DNA from: Harriotta raleighana
Lineage: Eukaryota
Length of the DNA: 64,000 nucleotides
Assembly: GCA_050575255.1 (NCBI GenBank)
Contig: JBNZDD010013686.1
Span: forward strand, 4,088,801-4,152,800
Direction: 5' to 3'
Under the pieces are notes generated by a model. That model was given only the letters and a program-made list of their open reading frames with translations, had not been told where the DNA came from and searched no databases. The position numbers were made by a program, and so were the translations under genes. Of this stretch, positions 1-13,410 are shown in pieces. Position 1 is the stretch's first letter. Each line of letters starts with the position of its first letter.

Positions 1-3000
1 ACGTTGGAAGGTAACAATGTTTTCTAGCTGAATTTGAACCTAAAGGATTTAAACCAGGCCTATCACTGACATCTCTCTCTCTGCTTCTGTTGGTTTGAAG
101 TGTTTGAGAGAAACAAAGCTGTTTCAACATGTTCGGATCTGATGTTTCCTTGCTACTCTGGTGTTCTAAGTCTGATCTTGTTATTTCTTACGCCATGCAC
201 AAGTAACCCTATTCATTAAAATTATACCATATTGTAATGTTTGAAACATAATTTTAATTGATACCATAAGTACAAGGTTGAAGACAGTAGCACAGTTTTT
301 TTTGTTTAATTTACAGAAGTTTCCCTCAAAAAGATGTGTTCTTGCATGTCTTACTATATACCACCATGCACCTTTGGGATGTGAAATCATACTGTTGTTA
401 ATTACATTTTAATCAATAGTAAATTGTATCCACTAGATTGGTACCTAACATGATCTAGTGCAGCTTTGAGTTGCTTGCTGTTTTTCCATTAAATCTTATC
501 ACTTTCACAGAGCTACATTGTTATATTTAGTACATCAGGTAATTCCTTTGTTGGGAAGGAAGCTATCCGTTGTTGGACGTGAAACCATTATCTCAGCACT
601 GGAAGGCAGACATCTTACTGTTAAGCTACTTACTGATGCTCTTTATAGCTTGTTGCTCTAAACTCTTTTAACAATACATGTATTCTCTTGTGGATTTCTG
701 CTGATAATACATCAAGCCTCTTCCTGGTTAGGAAGTTATCTGCTCTTCAAACTAAAGCCACTATCTCACCACTGGAAGGCACAGTACATACCATTAATCC
801 ACAAAGCTAATGATGCACTCTGTTGTTAACAGTCGTTGCAGTAAAGCTATTTATTCCCTCTGTTTTATGATGCTGCAATACATCAGATCTTTTCCGTTTA
901 GTTTGTAATACTATATAATGTATTTTTTTCAGTGTTTCCATTTCCAGCCTTGTACAGTTTAATGTCATGGGTTGTTTTTCTACAATATTCCTGAAACAAT
1001 TTGATAGCTTGTTTGTCAAAACCATTACTGATTCTGGTCTCGCCAGTACCGTCTACCAGCAGATAGGAAACAATTATGAGCTTCAAACTGTAGGAATTTA
1101 ATGTAATCTATAATGAATCTCATCAGAAATATTCAATCTTGATCACATCTCATACCCTTTTAATTTGTAAGGTGCCTGGCTCTTTAAGAAATATTTGTCA
1201 AATGAACGATGACCTAACTTATTATAGAGTGTCAGTTTTGTTAGTGGAATGAAATGTTGTATCCTGCTACAGAATATACTAACATAAGAAATGTAAATTA
1301 GAGGCAATTCAATCCTTGACATTTTTCACCATTTGAGATCCACAAATAAAGAACATCTTAAATGTATTTATCTTCCTCCTTTATATTGCCTGTTCTGTTT
1401 CACAAGACTTCAATACTGTGATTGCAGAGCAATGGCTGTCAGGCAAGCAGCACCATATATTTGAGCTCCCAATGTATCTTGTTTCATATGACCCACCAAT
1501 TTCCCTGGTATTGGGTTTAATACAAGTGAGATTCTTGGTCTAGTTGTTACGCATTCATCCAAGCTCCCATTCTAATGTTATGCATCCATCTGTTTAAGTT
1601 AGCTGGCAGTACATTGGCTATGCATCCATCCTCTGCATTCATATTCACTAGAACTCTCATAGGTCCAAAATGCCTCAGTTCACCAGTGATCCAGAGATGT
1701 TCAATCTGATTCATATCTTGTCATTGTTTCATCTTAAATCAGGTTTTGGATTTAGATCAGTGGATGAGGCAGTTGGAATCAAAACCATAAGGGTGTATAA
1801 ATGTTTGTCTGGACAAACAATGGTGGCAATGTTTTCATGACACACAAATTAGCAAAGTAAATCCAATCTTCTTCTACTGGAAAATTGCTTCTTTCATTTA
1901 AAAGTGAGATGTGGGCACAAACAGTCAGTCGAAATGTGATTGACTGATACAGAAACCTCCTCAACATTTGATGAGAGCATCTGCTGGCTTTAAACCTGCT
2001 TCAACTCGTTTCTCATGAATGGTCACTTGTTTAACCTTGTGCGTACATTTCTGAAAGGAACTCGCTTATTAATGTGCCATATATACCTCTGGAAGCAATT
2101 TTAAGTTGGTTCCCAGCAGTAAAGAAATTTGGAGCTTTCGCATTGTCTGCTCTGAAATCGTGTTCACTTCTTGGCTTGAGGAGAGTTCTGGATACATTCA
2201 ACTCGAGGAGACATGAAGTGATCCGCTAACTGGTGGTGAGTGGGGAGGTCAGTTGTGAATGTTACATCAATAATGTTTATGATAATCTATTGAAAGTTCT
2301 CTGGTGTCTAACTTCAACAGTAGGGACGTGATCAATTGCTCGACTGAAAACATCCCCTCAATATGGTGTAGGGATGAAAGTTCAGCAAGAATCTTTTTGT
2401 CACTAAACAGGATTTATATTTTGTTTATTTCGCTACAAATTGATGCAATAAGTACCATAGAAATATGACAGAACATAAGGACACTCTCTCTGAAACAGTT
2501 GTGGCATTCAGTTCCAGCTTAATGCTTTCTCAGTAAAGTGAGCATGTTCTCTCAATAAAGAATAATAAGAATGTACTCAGGTCTTTCACGAGCTAGTAAC
2601 TGGTTTATGCTCGTCCCTGAATCCTTTAAGCACATTTACAAGAACCCGATATGGAGGCTAAGTTTGACCCTTGAGCAATGCTAAGGCAAGGAGTTATAGG
2701 TGATCCTGGTACTCTGCCAAGTGTTGTGTTGCTAAGTAATGATATCTTTTGTACATTCTCTTACTTGTATTATAGAGAAGTTCAGTTTATGGAACCGCAC
2801 CAGCATTGGCCACTTGGGGTCAAAGTCAGCTTTTAAGATAACGCTGTAACCATGCTCTCCCTGATCCGATAGAATTATGTGATCTTTATTTACTCCAATC
2901 TCAAACATACTTGACAATTTTATTCTAACAGTTTTTTATTACAACTGAATAAAATGTACTTTCTGGCCAGCTACGCAGTGGAGCTTTGTATTTCAAGTTT

Positions 3001-3285
3001 TACGTTGCGGTGCAGCGCCTGCCACTCCTGAGAGATTTTAAAGGATCATCAGTGTGTGTTTATGCTACTCAGGGTCAATCCAAGTCTCCCCTGGAACCGG
3101 GAGGCATAGAGCATTGGTGCAATTTAGTTTGGCTTCATCACAATTTTTAAGGGGAGAAATTCCACCTGAGTCGAGCTTTACTCAATTCATTGCAAAGCAT
3201 CCAGAATTTGGCAAATTCTTGAATAGGACCTTCATTTTGAACTTAATTGTCTGCAATTTTGTTTAAGAACCACAGTAAAGCTAAA

Positions 3286-3352
3286 TGCTTTGAGACGTTT
3301 AGAAGACATGAATAGCACTATATTAAATGCACAGATTATCATAAATATTATT
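3286..3352 (+). mobile_element. SINE tail fragment
   Basis: tgctttgagacgtttagaagacatgaatagcactatattaaatgcacagatt. Confidence 0.7.
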
Positions 3353-6344
3353 AAAAACAGGTTCAAAGTTGATCTCAACAAATCAATATTTGCCTAATTC
3401 TGAATGTGTTACGTAAATGCAATAATTCTGGATCCAAATAGAATTCCTGCTGAATATGGCTAGCAATGCATACTACAGTACTTTGAATCATTCAAGTATA
3501 GGACAGTAATTGTTAACATCCTGTGGTGAAAAATTGATGCAAGAATGTTGCTTTGGAACGAGTATCAAATGCATTGATTTGTTTTATCAATTGTTCGCAG
3601 AAAACAACAGAAACAAATCGACAATAACTTTGTTAATATAACAGCTCCTGGGAATCCTGTTAGATTTTTTCATTCATTCGTGCAAAACCCACTCTGGATG
3701 TAGATTTTGTTGGAACAGATTGGCTTGATTTGTTACCAGAGGGAGCTCCCATTTGAAAGAGTCTTATTTCTTATTAAGAATTTGCTGCATTTAGGATGCA
3801 TTGATTGGCTACAGCAAAGTAACATATAGGATAACCATTTGTTTGGAGTGGGTTGCAAGGGTAATAACAGTCAGTGAGTTTTGATGAACTCAAACCCAAT
3901 AGCTATGGGATACAGCTGTAAAACTTCAGAATTTCCTTTGGGATTGCCTTCAAATTATCATTACAATTAGAGAGTCTTCCAACACTGGTCCTTTTCCAAA
4001 TCATTACTTATTAGATCGTGTGCAAGATGGTCAATATGGATGAACGACAATTTCCTCTGGATATATGGCTTGCGCAAATATTTTATTAAAAGCCTCATAC
4101 ATCATGTCTCTCTATCTTACTCACGACTATTATTACACTTACCTCATGCTGTATATCCATCTGTTACCTGCATTCTGAATCTTATTCAATCATATTCTTC
4201 AATGGCATTTTCCATTAATCACCACATGCCCAAGAAAATAACTTGGAACTTATCAAATTCAGATTGTGTAACAAAATTGCTGTTGCTATTACTGTGAATA
4301 AGCCGCATTACATTGGACTAGTTACAAAATAGGATGGTAAATAAAGTTAGGGATGATAATTATTTGTGGGTTGCAGGATGTTTGGCCAATGCAATAAATT
4401 TCACAATGGGATTGCTATTATTGTATATAATTGAAGCGGTAACAGAAATACAGAGCAAAATGTTGTTCAAGCTGACTCCATTTGTTACTGTGATTTATTT
4501 TGTAGGATGCTTAATGACTTTTCCATCGCAGGAAGAAACACGTGATGCAATAAGTAAACCATTATCTCAGCCCAACTGTAAACTGCTAAACTGCCTTGCG
4601 TCCTTGCGTAGCATATGTATTTTAGTTCATCTGGCAACAAAACCAATACCAGTCCAGCATTAATAAATATTAATCTCCATACCCTGTGGTCTCTCAGCTG
4701 CTTTCAGCTGAAACCCTTCAATAAAATCTTGAAACAAAGCAAAAGCTTTCATAGTGTTCATGATCCACATTGACAAAATAAGAACAAATGGAAGCTCGCA
4801 TCAGCAAAATATTATAGCATCAGGTTCAATCAGATGATCCATCTGTCTTCAGCTCCCCTGACCTTGATTTTGTTCAGTAAAATTCCGAGGTAGAATTTTC
4901 TTGCGCAGCTGGCAATGAAGTCCACATGGTTCAGCTGAATGCATTGGCAGTCTCCAAGGAATCTCTCCCATCTTTTTTGTGTCAGAGATTTAGAACCAGC
5001 TCCAAGGGCGAATTGGAACCCAGCCAAGCTGTCTCGTTAAATCTGTTATTTATTCAGTCACAGTGTGTCAAGATGGGAGAGCTAATTTGAATTAAAAGTG
5101 GTTATCACAGCACAAGAACGAGTCATAGATCTCTCCTTTTGCATAGTGCTAGAGAGACAGTGATTTGCAAAACAACAAAATAGAGGTTCACTGAGACAAG
5201 AGCCCGTGGCTGTAGATCTATTGTTGACGGATGTGACACCGAAATGTTTTAAGGAAATTATATTATCTTGAGTATTTCATGCTCTAAACTTAATTTACAT
5301 CAAGGCTATCCATCTGATATGTAGGTGTTTTGTGCGTAGGCTGAAGTCTCTTGTATTCAGGGTTCCTTTCTCTATCTATTTATTATGTTTGCATAAGAAG
5401 CTGCCTTCAAAATCCAACTGATTCATCTGTCAGTTTAAATAAAAATGTGTTTTGTGAATACCCTGTGATATTCTTGGGATCCCACATGGCTCAAAGATCT
5501 TTCAGTCAATAATTTTACATCCAAAAAATTGATGTTTCACTGCTAAATAGCTTCATAGGCAATTAACTGAACATGGATAGTTAAGAAATTAACAATTTAA
5601 GATCTCATGTTCCACCACTGTCAAGTGCTACCCTGTTGGAGGGGTGTCTTATAAATGGTTGTTATTTTTCACCTGTTAACAAGTTAAGAACTATTGTATT
5701 GAGTGAATAGAATTCATACATTAGATTATTTTTGTAGTTGATATTGAGGAATGAACTGCAAAACAGCCCTGGTCAGTGGGTGTTGGAAAGGATATCGCTT
5801 GGAGTGTCTGAACACATCTGAATGCATCTCCTACTGCATAAGCCATTACATGCAGAACAAAGACAGCATTTGCTGGCAATCTGCTGAAATATCATCCAAG
5901 GGAGTCTTTACATTCAAAGTAATCATTCTTTATATGTGTGAGCCTGGAGAGTGAATGTCATTGGGTTTTCAACTGGGTGAACCATCATATTCAATCCTGA
6001 TACTTTTCTTGTGTCTATATATCTATGCTTCCAGTGACAGATCACAGGACCATACAGTTTCATTTTTCATCTGTTACACCCTGGATTACTAAAATCAATT
6101 GTAAATTCCTCTCCTCACTAAAGCCTGTTGTAGCACAGCTACATTGCCCAGGCTAGTAGTAATTAATTCACCACAGAACAGGGTTTAATCTTGTGACTTT
6201 TCCAATCTATACAGTGCATTTATAGAGCTAAATGTTAAAGTGGAATGAGAGAAAGACACACTCAAGATTGATGGGTAGATTAGTTATTAGTTAAAAAATG
6301 CTTTTAATACCTTGTTATGAGGTAAAAGAGCTACTGCAGAAAAG

Positions 6345-6517
6345 ATTAGCATAAAATCCAGCATCTATCTTGGCCTTGAAGAATCCTATAAAACAGCCAA
6401 GATGAGTAGTAAACCCAAGGATTGGGAGAACTTTAGGGAACAACAAAGGAGAACCAAAAAATTGATCAAGGGGGAGAAAATGAGGGCAAACTAGTGAGGA
6501 ACATACAAACAGACTGC
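6345..6517 (+). mobile_element. CR1 ORF2 internal fragment
   Basis: Translates KESYKTAKMSSKPKDWENFREQQRRTKKLIKGEK...KLVRNIQTDC, typical of the CR1 region between EN and RT. Confidence 0.7.
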
Positions 6518-8249
6518 TTATTTATGCTCTCTCTATCTACTTATCTAGTACAGAATATAGAAATAAAGTCTTTGGTACTTTGTGCATGTATGTCTACTTT
6601 TAAATAAAGATAACAAGTGTTTAAATAGCAACAGAACATGATTTAAACCGGAACACATTAACTTATAGTCCAAATGTGATGGTAATCATAGCAAAGGGCC
6701 TGTAAATAAACATTATAAAATGAAAGAATACAAATTCTAATTAGAAATATGATCTATTGCATTTCCGTGAAGTCTCATATTTTATGTGGTCATGAATATC
6801 TGATGGTCATGTAGAGGAAAGCTGAATTCATGGAAAATAGCACGAGGTTTGAAATGCTTTAAATAAAAGGAAAACATGCTATTAGAGTATGAGAGAAGTG
6901 GCCCATCAACCCAACAGACCAACCCAACATTTGTGTGAAATACTTTCTGAATTAGTAAACAAGTATTTCTAGCCGGCTTTTCACTTTGAACGCTCTATCT
7001 GTCATTTCTCTTAAAACCAAACAATTGTTGTGTTTTCTTACACTTGAAGTGTTGCCAACTGGTTCCCTGTTGATTTAGTGATAGGTCAACAAACGTTTTC
7101 CTGACAGCATTAGTGCATGTCTGCTCCAAGACACTGCAGAAGCGAGCAGAAGTAGCAAATTGTAAAGGCTAAAGGGTTTCCACAGTCAAGGGCTGGTGTG
7201 ACTCATGTACCCTGCGAATCGCTGTGTACTCGTTCTCATTCCTATGGATAGTGCAATACATTAAACATGTTATGTTAAAAAAGGATGTGGGCTGTTAGCT
7301 TGCTGCAACTATCATTAGGAGGCAGTATTGGAGAGTTTTTCGGATTACTAACACCCTCAGAAAATGTGTTACGAGATGTGTTGGCCGGGAAATGGTCACA
7401 TGAATTCGTGAAAATCTAAGGTGATATTTCTTTCCATTGTGCCCTGCATTGATAACAAAGTCTCGAAAAATAATCTCGCTTCTATCAAAATGTTATAGCA
7501 AATGTGACATTTTGTATAGCTATTCTTCTGCTGTCTTGCGTCAAAAGATAGAATGCACCATTCTGTGCCATTTTGGAGGAATAGGGGCCTTTCTTTTTCA
7601 GTGTCTTATTGTGGTGGAAAGACCAAATTTGAATCAATTTGTTTTGATCAATGAGGAATAATGCTAGGAATACAAGTTCTTCTTACATATAGTGCGAGAG
7701 GATCTTTACGTTCACCTGAACCAACAGAGAGAAAGAACCTCACTCTTCTCCTTGCGGGGGAGCTAAGTGAGTTCACCTATGCTGGACCTTGTCTTGCTGG
7801 CAGTAGTGTAGACCACTGCTTATGTTGGACCAGCCAGCTTGGCTTATCAGTGGATCTCAGAAGGGCAGGCCGTTTATTAGAAGCAGGAATTCCTCTCACC
7901 CAGCTTCTGTTAACGCTGCAAGTCAAGTCCTAACAGGTAGGCTAGTTATAGCTGGAAAATCAAATGGGCCCCCAAGCGTCTTACCATGATGCTTGGGGGC
8001 CCAAGCACAGCGCCCCCTGTGCCTATCATTTTCCAGGATTTGGGTAAACAGGATGCATCCATCCGGGGAGACAGTGTGGATTCCATTCAGACACTTACAA
8101 TTCTATGGGTGGGTGACACAGATATGTGGAACTGCATCTTGTGTGGATATTTTTAAGTATGGTAGTGCATTTCGACATGCGTCAAACATGCGACTGACCA
8201 GAAAAAAAACCAGCACTTTTAACATCCAAGAGCGTGTCAGCGCAGATTA

Positions 8250-8325
8250 TGAGCTCAACTCATGGTGTTGGGTTTGAACCTACAAGCTTTTGGCCCATTA
8301 GCAAGAGTAATACTAACTGAGCCAA
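8250..8325 (-). mobile_element. Old SINE tRNA-like head
   Basis: gggtttgaacctacaagc...tactaactgagcca are the reverse-complement B and A boxes. Confidence 0.5.
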
Positions 8326-10569
8326 ATGACACTTTGCCGCATAGTTGTAGTTTATGAAAGTACAGCTGTGCACATCTTTCCTACTCTGTTTAAATGTACC
8401 ACTGATGATTCAGCAATCATGTTTTTTTTGTGGGGTACATCCCTTCAATCGTTTTTTTCTGGGTTGAGTTGGAAAGAGTGCAGCCGGATTTGTTCGCAAG
8501 TCATTTGAAATGTGAAACCCAGTCATTCCAGTGTTAGCTCTAGGCAGACAGACAACACAGAGTGGGACAAAACTAATAACATGTCACAATGCTTTCAATC
8601 GTGATTTTACCAATACACGAAGCATTCAGAGTAGCCACTTTACATAGGTGGGAGCTAAATGGCACTTTCATGCCAGTGTAAATCAGGCTTAAGAGAAGCA
8701 TACTAACTTCTGTACTTTATTTTGCAAGCATAATTGCAAAATAAAGTACAGAAGACTAAGAAGATGTCTCTTTTGCACAGTTTTTTTGATATCCACATGT
8801 TTTCAGAAGCTTAGAGATAAATTCCTCGGGCAGTTGCTTTAGTGTTCACAAAATGTTGGTGTACGGATTCTGTAACAAACATTTAATTTAAACAACGGCC
8901 CTTTTTATGTACTTGATTACAACTTATTATAACACTATTTACAGCTCCTCTATGTGTCTAATAGCAGACTCCGCTTGGTACAGGATTCAAACTGACATCA
9001 ATATTGAAAGGTCAAAACCTGCATTTCATCTGTTTTATTTTAAACAGGAGGTAATTATTTCCATACATTATATCTTTGTAATATGAGAGAACAGCCAAAT
9101 TAGCTTGGAGGGTGATGTAGCCAAGCTGACTTTTTGGGCTGGATAATAAATGTGTGGGTCTATTTGTATAAATGAGCTGTTACTTTCGTCGAGGTGAACT
9201 GGTCAATTTTAAAAGGAACTACAATATGTCATGCAAGAGTTGCCTTCCAAAACAATCAGCGCTGGGTAATGAATGTGTAAATCTATTAATACTGATGGTG
9301 CAGTAAACATACCTCACAGAAGAATTTAATCTCTTGACAAACCTGAATGTTATTTCACATCGTGAGCTTGTGGCGATTTTGCTTAATACACATTGCAGCA
9401 GGCTCATTGCCAGCATGCGTCAAGCTGCTTTTGGAACTTGCGATGCCCTGACTCTTAGTTAAATGAAAGCTCATTAAAATACTTCAGCAATATCCTGGTG
9501 GGCTTGGAAGAAGGGATGGAAAGAATGGACGGGGAAAGTGAGAGGAAGAGAGGGAGGGCAGGCAAGAAAAGGACAAAGAGAGCGATGATTATGAGATAGT
9601 AACCCAGCAAAAGGCTAAACTGCTACATTGTTAAATTCGGAACAAAAGAGCTTAATACCTCGCTGATCTTTGTTATAATCTTCGCCAAATAGCAGTGGGA
9701 CAGCTTCACACACTTGTGTCTGCCTATACCATGTAGTTTGCCCACTTGGAATTGTGTCCCAAGTATGCAGGAGTTTGAACACAGAGTTAAGTATCACTTA
9801 CTAAACTCTGATTATTGCAGCATGCACAGGGCCTTGAGTAATGTTAGTTTGCCTGTTGGCGCCCAGTTAAAGTAAAAATCTGTAAGTCATTATCTTCAAC
9901 CACCAAGATCAACTTTGTGAGACATGTGTCCCAGTTGCCTCCAGCTGTAGCCTGTTGTTATGCCACCTAATGTACAAAAAAGGCCAAGTCTTCTTTTATG
10001 TGCAGCTCACAAACATGGGATGGTGGAGTTGAAATGAAACCAGATGCTCGAGTTATGGGAGTGAGGCCATAACATCCATAGGGAGAAAGATCACATCTTT
10101 GTATGTTCAGTAAGTGGACATACTCTTACAGCATATGCTTGTTTAATGAGATTTCAAATCTTCTACTGCATTGCAAGGTAGAAATAGGGAGACAAATACT
10201 AATAATTGGTGTGCTGAATGACAGATATAATTACTAGTAAGCTCAATTCCAGTACAAAATTAGTACTTCTGGAATTAGCTCCAGGAAGATTGTGCACATC
10301 CCATTCCAACAATCTATCTCTTGAATTTCCATGTGTAAGTGGGACACACAGAATTCTCAGCTTGGTTTGGATATTCTTAAGCAAGTTGACGGGTTTCCGC
10401 ATGTGTCGGACACCCAGCTAATCAAAAACCTAAAAACAAAATTAGATTGGACTGTTTAATTCTGAAATTCACAACAAAAACTCTGAAGTGGAATCCCAAT
10501 CTCACAGCCTTACGCTGCAGCCCATCAAGATTCATCTCCCTTAAGATTCATGACCCTTCTTTTTGATTA

Positions 10570-10702
10570 TGCCTTCAGTCCGCATCTCCCCCCTACCCTC
10601 CCCGTCATCCACCCCTCCTGGTGCGGATCCCTGACTGTTCAGCACTTTGGGATGTATCCCTGGTGTGAAAGGCACTATAGAAATGTGATTTGTTGTTGTT
10701 TC
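10570..10702 (+). mobile_element. L2 3' tail
   Basis: ccctgactgttcagcactttgggatg...gtgaaaggcactatag followed by (TTG)n. Confidence 0.75.
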
Positions 10703-11057
10703 TAGTGCCAAATACCACAGAAGCATTCTCACATTGCATTACCACCAACGCTCACCTCTGCTGTGACACGGATCAGATGCAGATGTTTCACTACATAGAG
10801 TATGGACCACCTCCAAGTGAACAGGTAATCAGATGCAGACCATGCACGACCGGATCACCAAGACAGTTAGTAACCGTCATTAGAATGCCAGCCACCACAT
10901 TACGTATTCAAGGGTGTTGCTGAATTTTTGGTTAACTTTTGAAGAATAATTCATAATCACGTTTGAAAGTTTGCCAATCGTTGTAACTAAATAGTCAAAA
11001 TCTGCCTCATGCTTGAGTCATATTATATTAATGCTTGGGAATACACATGAACATAAA

Positions 11058-11113
11058 TGGGACGTCCACTCGATGCGAAAGGCACTACACAATTGTAATT
11101 TTGTTGCTGTTGC
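11058..11113 (+). mobile_element. L2 tail fragment
   Basis: tgggacgtccactcgatgcgaaaggcactacacaattgtaattttgttg. Confidence 0.6.
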
Positions 11114-12547
11114 TTCTCTGGTTCATCCATTGCACTTACCAATTTGTGATTTACTGCAAAAATAATCATTTCAAGACTGATTCATAATAAGGTCAGTCGG
11201 TAAATGCCAAACGTATGTGGAGATGTATGACTATATATCCAAGGTTGCACGTTCATCAAAAATCATCCCAGTGTATTTGGTGCTCTTACACAGAACTGCA
11301 CATGTCAAAAAATATTTTATGAGAGTTCTATCTCTGTGGACCCACATGTATAATATTAACAAGATGTATGGAACTTAAATAGGAGTTGTCAGAGGAGCAA
11401 TACCAGTGCAACTATCTACCTTGCAGGGATATTTTTGTAAACTTCATTAAGAATGTTTAAGATGGATTTTAGGCTGATATTTTATTTGCTATAGAACTTG
11501 AGACCCAGTATCCATTATACGGTTCAGCCCTTTTCTGAACTGCAAAAGTGGTTCCATATGGAAGTATGAGGTAAGTTAAAGAAATCACGATCAAGTTTCC
11601 TTGGAGAGCCGGGTTATGTTAGGTTGCCCTGGTTCTGCCGTTCATTCCATATGAGACTTGACTCGAAAGTGATACTAATTCAACAGAAGAAGTAAGGTTG
11701 CCAGCAATTACTACAATGTGTAAATGAAAACATCAACTAACTTAAATCCCCATCTTTTACCAAAATATGTTTTCGAGCCATTAAAGCTGAGGAATTCCTG
11801 TCTGAGAGTTGAAATGGACTACACTTCAAAGCTGTCAGCATTGAAACAAGCACAAGACTCTCATTGACATTCATCAACCTTGTCAGAACATGCCATGTAT
11901 TTGTTTAATAAAAGAAATTGAGGCAGAATATTTCTCACAGTCCCAGGGGAAAAATTGATGGCAGTCAAAAAGTCTGGTGAATTATTATAAATGCTGCAAT
12001 GTGTAGGATCTGATGGTTACAGGGACGTTGTATTCAGGGTAGATATTGTACACCACACTGTGATAACATTAACCCAACTCAAAGAGATTGTTTAACTCCA
12101 ACTCCAGGATTTTGAAACTAGCTACAAATAAACAGCAAAGCACTAAAATCTGCATTTGCTGTGCTGATTTACCTGATTTATTTGACGATAGCACACTGTG
12201 CATTGGCAAATTCCAGAGAAAGTTAAACAGTTTCTTGGCAAGGAAATCGATTGAGGGGTACAAAAATTAGAGTAGGACATGAGAGCTGGACAACAAAATG
12301 GCTGTATGGAATCCATTGCCACCCGATTGTTATCTGATATGAAGGGAGCTTAGGCCGGAACTAGAAGTTTTGGCTGATTTTTAAATTGGATCTACTATAA
12401 TGTTTTACAGCACTCAATAATCATGCCCGCCATTAACAATGTGAAGAGGAAACTGAAAGTTAAAGCACAAAAGTTAATGGATGTGAAACTTGTACATAAA
12501 CAGCTGGATTTTTCTTTCGGAATGATACTTATAGGCATAGTATAATA

Positions 12548-12662
12548 AAATAATAATAATCCTTGCATTTGAAATAGCACCTTTCACATGGGGTAGGGGA
12601 GAGGGAAAGGCCTTAAAGCGCTTCATCGGATTTACCGCAAAGCATAGTGACTCAGTGTTTTG
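12548..12662 (-). mobile_element. SINE tail fragment
   Basis: taataataatccttgcatttgaaatagcacctttcacatg...aaagcgcttca. Confidence 0.7.
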
Positions 12663-13254
12663 CATATCTCTGTCACTGAACAATGAAAGTGTTAAATGCA
12701 ACTTATTTCAATCAAGTACTACAAAACGCTGCATGGAATTATTAAAGCACTATATCAGCAAACCACATGCCCAGCAATTTGACGGGATTAATACAGTAAC
12801 ATATCCCAACTCAATCCGTACAATGTCAAGTATTACAAACTGCTAAATCCCAAATCTCTTTATTTCTCCTGATCTCTGAAACAAAATATTACTATATAAC
12901 ACGCAAGAGAAAACGTACAGTTTGAATGTAGTCCTTGAGAACAGGACACAGAAGTAAGGGAGAAGTTACATTGTATTTACATTAGGAACTGCACATATCT
13001 CTCGCAAGGGATCACTTAATTTCCACAGCACCATGTCTATGTTCTCCAGTGAACTAGAAGTGTAATACAGTTTTTCTTCCTGTAACATGAGTACCACTGT
13101 CACATATAGTCAATTTAAGAGGTGGCCATGGAATGAAACGTGTACTATGGATAGGATAGAACTTGCCAAGGGGGAGGTTGAAAGTGACCTAGGGATGTTA
13201 GTCATCTCTCCAGTCACCTTGTCTAAATAATGTGAGGCAGAAGTAAACAGGTTT

Positions 13255-13410
13255 GCCATAAGCAGTTATTGAGGCTAATACCATTAAAATAAAAGGAAGT
13301 TGAGAAGTGTTTGAAAAGAAACTTCTAGAAATATGAGGGGGAAAAGCAGGGGATTGGGTTGAGGGGATTGGGTTGGCTCCAGTAGAGGAGCCAACGTCAT
13401 CATAGGGTTT
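13255..13410 (+). mobile_element. Old CR1 3' remnant (similar remnant at about 12200-12280)
   Basis: gcagttattgaggctaataccatt...gggggaaaagcaggggattggg resembles the end of CR1 ORF2 and the 3' UTR. Confidence 0.45.
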
